From Candidatus Aminicenantes bacterium (GTDB taxonomy: Bacteria; Acidobacteriota; Aminicenantia; Aminicenantales; Aminicenantaceae): a stretch of DNA of 64,000 bases. The stretch covers positions 13,893-77,892 of the forward strand of contig WVZL01000032.1 in assembly GCA_011772495.1 (NCBI GenBank). The letters run 5' to 3'. Under the pieces are notes generated by a model. That model saw only the letters and a list, made by a program, of their open reading frames with translations, did not search any database and was not told the origin of the DNA. The position numbers and the translations under genes are program-made. Shown here piece by piece: positions 1-8,789 of this stretch. Within the stretch, counting starts at the first letter, position 1, and the number at the start of each line of letters is the position of its first letter.

Positions 1-966
1 TGGATCCACCCTTTAACCCTCCACAGAAATCAACGGCCTCTTTGAAGGATGTTCCCAGACGCACCAGAAGATTCTTGGGCTCTTTTATGCCTGGGCCAGA
101 AACAGTGATAGCCCTCTGGTAGAGGGGAATGCCCTGACTCACTGCCTCCCAGACCGCTTTGGTAGTGCCCACGTTCTGGACCATGACTCCCACATCAAAG
201 GGAAGGCCTCCCCTTGGGACTTCTCTTTGGAGAAGGGCAGAAATGAGGTTTTTTTCAGCTCCTTGAGGATATTTTGTTTTCAAAAGCACGATTTCCGCCC
301 TAGTATTTTGAGCACATTTTCTTAGGGCTTCAAAGGCACTCCGTTTGTTATCCTCGATTCCTACCAGGAGCCTGTTGGCTCCGGTGGCTTTACAGATGAT
401 TTCGGCGCCTTTGAGAATATCTTCCGGGAACTCTAGCATCAGCCGATAATCTGCGGTGAGGATGGGTTCGCATTCACATCCGTTGATGATGATGGTGTCG
501 ATGGGTTTATCTTTGGGAGGGGTGAGTTTGACCGAGGTGGGAAAAGCCGCTCCTCCGAGCCCAACTATTCCGGCCTCCTTGACTTTCTCGCGGATCTCTT
601 CAGGACTCAGGGAGATAGGGTCTTTTGTCTCTTTCTCTGGAAACAGGGAACGGTCTGCGCCGTCATTGGCTATTGTCACTGCGGGAACCATATTGCCTCC
701 GGGATGGAGGTAGTGGTCAACGGCCAGCACTTTTCCCGAGACACTGGAATGAACAGAGGCCGAGAAAAGAGTCTTGCCCTCGCCGATTTTTTGGCCAAGA
801 CTCACTTCATCTCCTTTGTTGACCAAAGGCTCGGCCGGGCTCCCGAAATGCTGGAGGAGGGGGATGAAGACTTTTTCGGGGGGTGGCATGGTCTCGAGAG
901 GCTTATCAGCAGTTAATTGTTTTGATTCGTCAGGATGAATACCGTGGGGGAAAGTTTTTGTTCTCA
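1..966 (-). CDS. Electron-transport complex subunit RnfC/NqrA-like (N-terminal part; gene continues beyond window start)
   Basis: Manual reverse-strand translation from ATG at 964-966: MRTKTFPHGIHPDESKQLTADKPLE...VFIPLLQHFGSPAEPLVNKGDEV...GIVGLGGAAFPT...INGCECEPILTADYRLM, matching the RnfC N-terminal barrel-sandwich and SLBB region. No stop before the window edge, so it is absent from the ORF track; the short + ORFs at 456-916 are antisense artefacts. Confidence 0.65.
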
Positions 967-1132
967 TCGTGTTTAAAGGCGCCGCCTAAAAAATAGGTTT
1001 AAGTTTATAAATTGTGTTATAAAATTGTCAACCTTGAAAAATAGAAGGCAACACATTTTTTTCTTCTTTTTATTGATTTTTCAGTGCCACCTGGGATAAG
1101 GTTTAGGCGCGTATTAGAGGGCGGAGGTGATA

Positions 1133-2257
1133 ATGGCCCTAGAAATAAGAGAAGCTAAGGATCGAAAGGATCTGAGAACGTTCATTTACCTGCCTGAGAA
1201 AATTCATGCCAACCATGAGAATTGGGTGCATCCTATTTATATGGATGAATGGAGTTATTTTAATCCCCAAAAGAACAAGGCCTTTGCCTATTGCGACACC
1301 ATTCTCCTGCTGGCTTTCAGGGAGGGAAAGCCAGTCGGCCGGATCATGGGCATCATAAATTCTCGCTATAATGAGCAGAGAAAGGAAAAGACAGCGCGCT
1401 TTGCCTGTCTTGAAACCTGGGAAGACAAAGACGTGGTTCACGCTCTTTTGAGCCAGGTGGAGGAATGGGCTCGCCAAAAGGGCATGACCAGGATTATCGG
1501 TCCTTACGGATTTTCTGACCAGGACCCCGAAGGCTTTATCATCGAAGGTTTTGAGAATCGCGCCACCATTGCCACCTATTATAATTTTGAGTGGATGCCT
1601 TCTTTGGTCGAAGAAGAAGGATACACCAAAGATGTCGACTATTTTGTTTATAAGCTCGAAGTGCCCAAGGAAATCCCTGAGTTTTACAAAAAGATTTACG
1701 AGCGGATCAAGAGGAGAGGGAAGTTTGAAATTGTGGAATTCAGGAAGCGAAAAGAGCTGAAGCCCTGGATAATTCCTGTTCTGACCCTAATGAATGAATG
1801 CTATACCGGAAGCAATATTTACGGTTATGCTCCCCTGGATGAGAAGGAGATGAGTGATTTGGCAAAAAAGTACATGCCTGTTCTAGACCCGAGATTTGTA
1901 AAGGCGGTGGCAAGCGAGAAGGAGGTGGTGGGTTTTATAGTCGGGATTCCTGATATGACTGAAGGTATTCAGAAAGCGCGGGGACGCCTCTTGCCCTTCG
2001 GCTTCTTAAAAATTTTAAGAGCGAGCAAGAAGACTAAACAGCTCGACCTTCTCCTGGGGGCCATTAAGGAGAAGTATCGGGGGATGGGAGTTGATGTGCT
2101 TATGGGCGTGAAGACGATACTCTCGGCTCATGAGGCGGGCTTAGAAGTCATTGATACTCATCATGAGCTGGAGTCGAACGTAAAAGTTAGAGCTGAAATG
2201 GAAAGAATGGGGGGAAAGCTCTATAAGCGCTTCCGGGTTTATCAGAAGAAACTGTAA
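1133..2257 (+). CDS. GNAT-fold acyltransferase family protein (tandem-domain, function unknown)
   Basis: 376-aa ORF. GGAGGTG Shine-Dalgarno 5 nt upstream of ATG 1133 (track start 1127 is a GTG). GNAT-like motif around RQKGMTRIIGP; no specific family recognised. Confidence 0.5.
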   Translation: MALEIREAKDRKDLRTFIYLPEKIHANHENWVHPIYMDEWSYFNPQKNKAFAYCDTILLLAFREGKPVGRIMGIINSRYNEQRKEKTARFACLETWEDKDVVHALLSQVEEWARQKGMTRIIGPYGFSDQDPEGFIIEGFENRATIATYYNFEWMPSLVEEEGYTKDVDYFVYKLEVPKEIPEFYKKIYERIKRRGKFEIVEFRKRKELKPWIIPVLTLMNECYTGSNIYGYAPLDEKEMSDLAKKYMPVLDPRFVKAVASEKEVVGFIVGIPDMTEGIQKARGRLLPFGFLKILRASKKTKQLDLLLGAIKEKYRGMGVDVLMGVKTILSAHEAGLEVIDTHHELESNVKVRAEMERMGGKLYKRFRVYQKKL

Positions 2258-2258
2258 C

Positions 2259-4934
2259 CTATTTTCCTTCGGCCCAGTTGATCCCCCATCCCAGATGAAC
2301 CTTGAGGGGAACCTTTAGAGGGAAAGCTTTCTCCATTTTCTTTTTGACCAGCTTTTCCAGCTCATCTCTCTCTCCATCCGGCACTTCGAAAACCAGTTCG
2401 TCGTGAACCTGGAGGATCATCTTCGATTTAAGTTTTCGCTTTTTTAGTTCTTTCCAGATCTCGATCATGGCTTTTTTCATGAGATCTGCAGCAGTTCCTT
2501 GAATAGGTGTGTTCAGCGCAATCCGGCGCCCTGCTTGTTGGGTCATTTTATCAGCCTGCATTAGCTCTGGAACCTGTCTTTTTCTTCCGAACAGAGTTTC
2601 AGAGAATCCCTTTTCTTGAGCATCCTTGACTTTCGTTTCCAGGAACTCATGGACCTTTGGGTATTTCACAAAATAACGGTCGATAAAATCTTGAGCTTCT
2701 GAGACAGAAGTCCCCAGTTCTCTGGCCAGGGAATAAGCAGAAGCTCCGTAAATGATACTGAAGTTGATGACCTTGGCCCTTCTTCGCTGCTCTTCCTCAA
2801 AGAGCAAAGAATCCCCGCCGAAGACCCGCTGGGCTGTATCTTGGTGGATATCATGGTCTTCAAGAAAGGATTCTCTCAAGGCGGGGTCTTCGGAGAGATG
2901 AGCCAAGACCCTCAGTTCTATCTGGGAATAGTCAGCCGCGAGGAAGAGGTGTCCTGAATCGGGTATGAATGCCTGGCGGAATCTCAGTCCCAGCTCTCCG
3001 CGGGCTGGGATGTTCTGGAGGTTCGGGTCGCTGCTCGAGAGCCGGCCGGTAGCGGCGACCGTCTGGTTGTAAGAAGTATGAATCCTTCCTGTCTCAGGAT
3101 TGATGAGGAGAGGAAGAGCATCCGCATAGGATGATTTTAGCTTGGCCAGCTGTCTGTATTCCAGGACGTCCTTGGCTATCGGAAAATTGTGAGCTAAATC
3201 CTGAAGAATATGGACCGCCGTGGAGTATCCTTTTGTCCTCTTGGTCCTCCTTGAGGCGGGGAGTTTCATTTTATTGAACAAGACATCTGCTAGCTGTTGG
3301 GGGGAGTTGATGTTGAATTCTTCGCCGCTGGCCGCGTGGATTTTCTTCTTTAAATGCTTGAGCTCTGCGCTTAGCTCTGAGGATAGATTTTCTAAAGCTT
3401 TAGTATCAATCTTAACGCCCCATGTTTCCATGTCTGCCAATACTTCGATCAGCGGGAGCTCGATCTCCTGGTAGAGCTTCTCCAATTTTTCCTTTTTGAC
3501 TCTGGGCCTGAGAAGGAGACTGAGCTGTAGAGCTAAATCAGCATCCTGGCAAGCATAAGGAGCGACTTTTTCGATAGCAACCTTGTCAATGGTCACTTCT
3601 TTCTTGCCGGAACCGACAATATCCTTGTAAGCGATAGCTTTGACTTGGAGATAGTTCGAAGCCAAAGCGTTAAGGTTGTGCTTTCCCCAGTTCGGCTCCA
3701 GCAGGTAAGAGAGGATCATGGTATCTGATTCTAAACCTTGAAGCAGAATTCCTTCTCTTCCTAGGACGATGTAATCATATTTAATATTCTGGCCAACTTT
3801 TTTTATCTTGGAGTCGCCAAGGATTTCTTTAAGAAAGCGGAAAGCCGTGCCTGCTGGGATTTGACTGGGGGCTCCTTCATAGTCATGCCGAAGGGGAAGA
3901 TAGTAGGCATGGTGGGGTTTTATTGAAAAAGAGAGCCCGACTAAGCGAGCTTGGGTGGGTAAAGGACTGTCGGTTTCAGTGTCTAGAGATACGCGTTTGG
4001 CTTCCTTTATCCTGGTTATAAGCCTTTTCAGCTGTGTTTCCTGGTATATGACTTCGTATTTTTTTTTGGCATTTTTCTTCTCTTGCAAGTAGTCTGACAG
4101 CATGGATGAAAATTCTAATTCTTTGAAAAGCTTGGTGATTTCCTCATAATTGGGTTCGGTCAGGCGAAGTGCTTCCAGGTTGAAGTCTAAGTCCAGTTCT
4201 CTTTCGATGGTGACCAGCGTCTTGCTCAATTCCAGCTTATCCAGGTTCTGTTCAATTTTTTCTTTCAAACGAGGATTTCTCATTCTGTCCAGGGATTGAA
4301 GTAGCTTTTTCAGGGATCCGTACTCGTTGATGAGGGCCTTGGAAGTTTTTTCGCCAATCCCTGGTACTCCTGGAATATTGTCTGAAGGATCTCCCCACAG
4401 GGCGAGGACATCAATCACTTGAGAGGGGGAAACCCCGAAAAATTCCTTGACCTTTTTTTCATCAAGATAGATCTCTTTAGAAGGGTTGAACACGGTTGTG
4501 GTTTTGTTGACCAGCTGAAAAAGGTCTTTGTCTGTGGTCACCAGGACAGAATGAATTTCTTGAGAAGAGGCTTTACGGGCCAAGCTTCCCAAAATATCGT
4601 CAGCTTCGTATCTCTCGTATTCAAAACAGGGGATGTTTAAGGCCATTATGACTTTCTTGAGAACCGGAACTTGAGCCTCCAAATCCTCTGGCATGGGTTT
4701 GCGGTGGGCCTTGTAGTCTTTGAAGGCTGAATGTCGGACTGTTGGGCCCTTGACATCAAAAACAATTCCCAAGTACTGAGGTTTCTGTTTATCGATCAGC
4801 TTCTTGAGCATATTAACGAATCCATAGACAGCATTAGTGGGAAAGCCTTTAGAAGTGGAGAGGCGTTGAATTGCGTAATAAGACCGATACAGGAGAGAAT
4901 TTCCGTCGATTAGAAAAAGCTTCTTCGTCTTCAC
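2259..4934 (-). CDS. polA: DNA polymerase I
   Basis: 891 aa. N-terminal 5'-3' exonuclease (MKTKKLFLIDGNSLLYRSYYA), central 3'-5' exonuclease and C-terminal family-A polymerase motifs (RRRAKVINFSIIYG, QVHDELVFE). Confidence 0.95.
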   Translation of the reverse strand: MKTKKLFLIDGNSLLYRSYYAIQRLSTSKGFPTNAVYGFVNMLKKLIDKQKPQYLGIVFDVKGPTVRHSAFKDYKAHRKPMPEDLEAQVPVLKKVIMALNIPCFEYERYEADDILGSLARKASSQEIHSVLVTTDKDLFQLVNKTTTVFNPSKEIYLDEKKVKEFFGVSPSQVIDVLALWGDPSDNIPGVPGIGEKTSKALINEYGSLKKLLQSLDRMRNPRLKEKIEQNLDKLELSKTLVTIERELDLDFNLEALRLTEPNYEEITKLFKELEFSSMLSDYLQEKKNAKKKYEVIYQETQLKRLITRIKEAKRVSLDTETDSPLPTQARLVGLSFSIKPHHAYYLPLRHDYEGAPSQIPAGTAFRFLKEILGDSKIKKVGQNIKYDYIVLGREGILLQGLESDTMILSYLLEPNWGKHNLNALASNYLQVKAIAYKDIVGSGKKEVTIDKVAIEKVAPYACQDADLALQLSLLLRPRVKKEKLEKLYQEIELPLIEVLADMETWGVKIDTKALENLSSELSAELKHLKKKIHAASGEEFNINSPQQLADVLFNKMKLPASRRTKRTKGYSTAVHILQDLAHNFPIAKDVLEYRQLAKLKSSYADALPLLINPETGRIHTSYNQTVAATGRLSSSDPNLQNIPARGELGLRFRQAFIPDSGHLFLAADYSQIELRVLAHLSEDPALRESFLEDHDIHQDTAQRVFGGDSLLFEEEQRRRAKVINFSIIYGASAYSLARELGTSVSEAQDFIDRYFVKYPKVHEFLETKVKDAQEKGFSETLFGRKRQVPELMQADKMTQQAGRRIALNTPIQGTAADLMKKAMIEIWKELKKRKLKSKMILQVHDELVFEVPDGERDELEKLVKKKMEKAFPLKVPLKVHLGWGINWAEGK

Positions 4935-4939
4935 AAAGA

Positions 4940-5578
4940 TTAGGCTTGGATGAGGGGAATCTTAATCTCTTCTGTTTTAAACCCTTGTTTTTCAGCTTTA
5001 ATGGAAAGGGTGAATTTCTTGCCCGGAAATTCTGGAATGGGAAAGCCGAGCATGAGCTTCCCGGCTTCATCTGTATAGCCATCAAAAAGGATGTATTCTT
5101 TATCGATTTCTGTAATGGCTCGAGCCGTGACTTGGGAAAAAGACACGGGCTGGGAGGGAGAGATAACTCTGACTTCTAAAGAAAAACTTAAAGGCTCGGA
5201 TGAGGAAGGAAGGGAGAGCTGAACGAGATTTATTTCGAGAGCACCTTTTTCCGTTTGTGCCTTTTCTTGAGCGGGGTTGGAACTGAGGGAGTCTTGAGGT
5301 GCCTCCTTTGGTTTTTCAGGAAGGCTCAGGTACTGATCACATTTTCCCCCAGAGATTTCATGAATGAGCACCAGATGCTGCTTTTTCATGAGTTGAAGAA
5401 ACTGTTGTTTGAAATCAGGTTTGTTGATAAGGGAGTGATAAGGAGTTTTACGCGAATAAAGGGTTTTTCCCGCTTTGTAGATGAGAGATTCGATATATTT
5501 AGCGCTTTCTCCCTTGTCCTGGGTTTGGAGGTGGAGAGAAAGTCCTTTGTATTTGATTTGAGTGTTAATACCGGGCAT
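4940..5578 (-). CDS. Hypothetical protein with C-terminal CarboxypepD_reg/PEGA-like beta-sandwich domain
   Basis: 212-aa ORF, 5 nt upstream of polA on the same strand. C-terminal ...ILFDGYTDEAGKLMLGF... resembles carboxypeptidase-regulatory-like domains. No firm homology. Confidence 0.4.
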   Translation of the reverse strand: MPGINTQIKYKGLSLHLQTQDKGESAKYIESLIYKAGKTLYSRKTPYHSLINKPDFKQQFLQLMKKQHLVLIHEISGGKCDQYLSLPEKPKEAPQDSLSSNPAQEKAQTEKGALEINLVQLSLPSSSEPLSFSLEVRVISPSQPVSFSQVTARAITEIDKEYILFDGYTDEAGKLMLGFPIPEFPGKKFTLSIKAEKQGFKTEEIKIPLIQA

Positions 5579-5970
5579 TTTCCTCAGATTCTAGCACGAT
5601 TAATTTCCCCTTTATTATACACGTCCCCTCAAAGATAGCAAGAACTTAAAGATTTGGGCTTTCAAAATATAGGGGACGGTTCTATTTTTTCTGAGAAACG
5701 GGATCAGAGTTTATTGTGAATCGTTCTCCAATGTATGAAAACAAGTCTAGCTCTTATAACAATGACAAAGTCTTATTCCGTGTGAAAAAGATAGAACCGT
5801 CCCCAAAAAATTAAAAAAGCAGGCCCGTCCATACTCACGGGTATTCAGTTTGAGATTTTGCTACGCGCTGAATCGGGTGAAGGCCATGACAGAGAAAAAA
5901 GAAGACTGACCTCTGGCAAGGGTCGAGGAGCCTCTCAAAAAATGTCATTTTAGACTTAGCAGGAGGATTA

Positions 5971-5998
5971 TTGACAAAGGAAGGCGAGATGTTATAAT
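5971..5998 (+). promoter_or_regulatory. Sigma70-type promoter with extended -10 (TTGACA-N16-TGTTATAAT) for the yceD-rpmF-plsX-fabG-acpP-fabF operon
   Basis: TTGACA at 5971-5976, TGT TATAAT at 5990-5998; spacing consistent with a consensus promoter about 25 nt upstream of the yceD start codon. Confidence 0.6.
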
Positions 5999-6023
5999 AA
6001 TGTGAATTCTTCAGGAGAGAAAA

Positions 6024-6542
6024 ATGCTGATAAACGTGGATAAATTGCCCCGGGAAGGCTTGAAGGTTTCGAGAGATTTCGAGTTTTCCAGCCTTGACCT
6101 GGTGGAAGAGAATGCGGTATTCCTGCAGCCTGTCTGGGCTGAAATGAGCATAAACAGGATTGGAGATGAGATTCGGATTAAGGGAAAAGTAAAGACATGC
6201 TTCAGCTTTGTCTGCAGCCGTTGCTTGATGCCTTTTAAATTTCCGGTGGATTCCTCTTTTGATCTCATCTATCTTCCTGAAGAGCTTGATATACTAAAGG
6301 AAGAGTTGGGGACCGAGGATTTGAATAATTACTTCTATCGCGACCAACAGATTGATTTAAGAGAAGTGGTCTTGGAGCAGCTTAATTTGACTTTTCCAGT
6401 CAAGCCGCTTTGTTCTGAAAAATGTCAGGGCATATGCCCTGTTTGTGGAAAGAATCAAAAAGATGGAAAATGCGGATGTGTAGTCGAGGACTCTGACCCG
6501 CGTTTACAGAAACTTAAATCATTCATCAAGGACAGAAGATAA
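6024..6542 (+). CDS. yceD: YceD/DUF177 family protein (23S rRNA accumulation protein)
   Basis: 172 aa. C-terminal CxxC...CxxC cluster (CSEKCQGICPVCGKNQKDGKCGC). Conserved position immediately upstream of rpmF-plsX. Confidence 0.85.
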   Translation: MLINVDKLPREGLKVSRDFEFSSLDLVEENAVFLQPVWAEMSINRIGDEIRIKGKVKTCFSFVCSRCLMPFKFPVDSSFDLIYLPEELDILKEELGTEDLNNYFYRDQQIDLREVVLEQLNLTFPVKPLCSEKCQGICPVCGKNQKDGKCGCVVEDSDPRLQKLKSFIKDRR

Positions 6543-6725
6543 ATGGCCAATCCAAAAAGAAGACATTCACCATCAAGAAAAGGGAAAAGGAGGGCTCATG
6601 ACGCTCTAGCCCTTCCTTCTTTATCACTTTGCGACAATTGTGGAACGCCCAAGTTGCCCCACCGGGCCTGTCCTGAATGTGGATTCTACAAAGGCAGACA
6701 GGTTATAGAGGGATCAGAAGAATAA
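6543..6725 (+). CDS. rpmF: 50S ribosomal protein L32
   Basis: 60 aa: MANPKRRHSPSRKGKRRAHDAL...CDNCG...CPECGFYKGRQV, the typical L32 zinc ribbon. Confidence 0.95.
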   Translation: MANPKRRHSPSRKGKRRAHDALALPSLSLCDNCGTPKLPHRACPECGFYKGRQVIEGSEE

Positions 6726-6735
6726 AGGGGAATGG

Positions 6736-7749
6736 ATGAGGATTGCTGTTGATGCTATGGGGGGGGACTTTGGTCCTCAAGTGACAGTGGAAGGGGCGGT
6801 GAAAGCTGCCCAGGAATATCAAGTTGAAGTCCTCCTTGTAGGGGCTGAGGAGCTGATAAAGAAGGAATTTTCGAAACATAAAATTTCGGAGAACAGGGCC
6901 TCTATTGTCAATGCTCCAGAGGCTATAGGCATGGGGGAAGGGATTCTTTCTTTCAGAAAGAAGAAGAATTCTTCCATTCGGGTTGGCGCTAGGCTAATAA
7001 AAGACGGCCAGGCAGATGCTTTGGTCAGCACTGGGAATACAGCTGCTGTGGTATATATCTCGAAAAAGGTTTTGGGTTCTTTGAGCGGAGTCGACAAACC
7101 CGCTCTGTCCTTGCTGATACCTAATATGAAAGGACTGACTCTTCTCTTGGATGTGGGGGCCAATGTTGATTGTCGGCCTCAGCATCTAGAGCAGTTTGCT
7201 ATCATGGGGCAGATTTTCATGGAGAATGTGCTCGAACTGAAGAATCCCAAGATCGGATTGATGAGTATAGGTGAAGAAAGCTCCAAAGGGAACGAACTCA
7301 CCAAGGAAGTGTTCGAAAAACTGAAAGCGTCCTCATTGAATTTCATCGGAAACGTTGAGGGCAAGGATATTTATTCTGGGAAAGCAGATATCATCGTTAC
7401 GGATGGATTTATTGGTAATGTGGCTCTAAAAGTGAGTGAAGGAGTTGTAGAGACTTTGTTCTATATGGTTCGGAATGAGGTGATGAAGAACTTTTTCGCT
7501 AAAATCGGTTATCTTCTTATGAAAAGAAATCTAAAGAAGATGTACAGAAAGGTAGACTATTCAGAGTATGGGGGAGCTTTACTGCTTGGATTGAACGGAG
7601 TATGCATCATCGGCCATGGGAGATCGAATGTCAATGCTGTTAAGCATGCAGTGAGGTTGGCCAAGGATTTTGTGTTGAGCAAAGCCCAGGATAAAATACA
7701 GCACGAAATGGCCAGAGTGTTCCAGGTTGGAGGGGAGGCTCAGGCTTAG
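6736..7749 (+). CDS. plsX: Phosphate acyltransferase PlsX
   Basis: 337 aa. MRIAVDAMGGDFGPQV N-terminus and FIGNVALK / GHGRSN motifs. Confidence 0.95.
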   Translation: MRIAVDAMGGDFGPQVTVEGAVKAAQEYQVEVLLVGAEELIKKEFSKHKISENRASIVNAPEAIGMGEGILSFRKKKNSSIRVGARLIKDGQADALVSTGNTAAVVYISKKVLGSLSGVDKPALSLLIPNMKGLTLLLDVGANVDCRPQHLEQFAIMGQIFMENVLELKNPKIGLMSIGEESSKGNELTKEVFEKLKASSLNFIGNVEGKDIYSGKADIIVTDGFIGNVALKVSEGVVETLFYMVRNEVMKNFFAKIGYLLMKRNLKKMYRKVDYSEYGGALLLGLNGVCIIGHGRSNVNAVKHAVRLAKDFVLSKAQDKIQHEMARVFQVGGEAQA

Positions 7750-7751
7750 GA

Positions 7752-8492
7752 ATGAATTTTTCGGGCAAGGTGTCCCTCGTTACCGGCGCTTCTCAAGGGA
7801 TAGGCGAAGCCATCGCTACGGAGCTGGCAGGATGCGGAGCAGAGGTCGTCCTGGTTGATGTCCAGGAAGAGAAATTGAAAGAAGTCGCCAACAGAATAAA
7901 GCAAGCCAAGGGTTCAGCCTCTTTTTACAAAGCTGACATTTCTGTGCTGGAGCAAGTTCAGAAAACAGTTGAGGAAGTTCTTGAAAAACACCACAAGATT
8001 GATCACCTTGTCAATAACGCTGGAATAACTCGGGATAATCTTCTGTTGCGAATGAAAGAGGAAGAGTGGACTGCCGTCTTGGACGTTAACCTGAAAGGGG
8101 TGTTCAATTTATCCAAGGCCATCATAAGGCACATGATGGGCAATCGATACGGTCGTATCGTTAATATCTCATCGGTAGTGGGATTAATGGGAAACCCAGG
8201 TCAAACCAACTATGCAGCTTCAAAGGCGGGGGTCATCGGTTTTACTAAAGCGTTAGCCAGGGAAGTTGCTTCTCGGGGGATTACTGTTAATGCTGTGGCT
8301 CCAGGTTACATCACGACTCCCATGACAGAAACGCTTCCAGAGGCTATAAAGAATAACTTCATCGATTTGATACCCGTAAGAAGGTTTGGTACACCTGAAG
8401 AGGTCGCTCAGACAGTGAAGTTTCTCCTTCGCGATGAGGCGGCCTACATAACAGGGCAAGTCATTAATGTCAATGGCGGTTTATATATGTAG
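7752..8492 (+). CDS. fabG: 3-oxoacyl-[ACP] reductase
   Basis: 246-aa SDR. TGASQGIGEAIA Rossmann motif, NNAGI, YAASKAG catalytic tetrad region. Confidence 0.95.
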   Translation: MNFSGKVSLVTGASQGIGEAIATELAGCGAEVVLVDVQEEKLKEVANRIKQAKGSASFYKADISVLEQVQKTVEEVLEKHHKIDHLVNNAGITRDNLLLRMKEEEWTAVLDVNLKGVFNLSKAIIRHMMGNRYGRIVNISSVVGLMGNPGQTNYAASKAGVIGFTKALAREVASRGITVNAVAPGYITTPMTETLPEAIKNNFIDLIPVRRFGTPEEVAQTVKFLLRDEAAYITGQVINVNGGLYM

Positions 8493-8531
8493 GTTTTTGA
8501 TAAAAATGTCTAAGAAATGAGGAGGAAAACC

Positions 8532-8774
8532 ATGGAAAGAGAAGAATTGTTGAAAAAAGTAAGGACAATCGTTGCTGACAAACTCAGCATTAGTGAGGAT
8601 CAGATTACCGAAGAAGCTTCTTTCATCGATGACTTGGGTGCTGATTCCCTAGATACAGTAGAGCTGGTTATGGCCTTAGAAGATGAATTTGGCATGGATA
8701 TTCCTGATGAAGAGGCCGAAAAATTAACTACTGTCGGGAAGGCCCTAGACTATATTCTTGGTCATCTCTCTTAA
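8532..8774 (+). CDS. acpP: Acyl carrier protein
   Basis: [18 protein letters not shown]...[17 protein letters not shown] (phosphopantetheine-attachment Ser in DSL). GAGGAGG Shine-Dalgarno before ATG 8532; the track ATG at 8517 lies inside the Shine-Dalgarno. Confidence 0.95.
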   Translation: MEREELLKKVRTIVADKLSISEDQITEEASFIDDLGADSLDTVELVMALEDEFGMDIPDEEAEKLTTVGKALDYILGHLS

Positions 8775-8789
8775 GTCAAGAATTCTGTG

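Noticed and set aside
8517-8531. Upstream ATG extending acpP by 5 codons (MRRKT)
   Set aside because: That ATG lies within the GAGGAGG Shine-Dalgarno of the canonical ATG at 8532; ACP orthologues start MEREEL-like.
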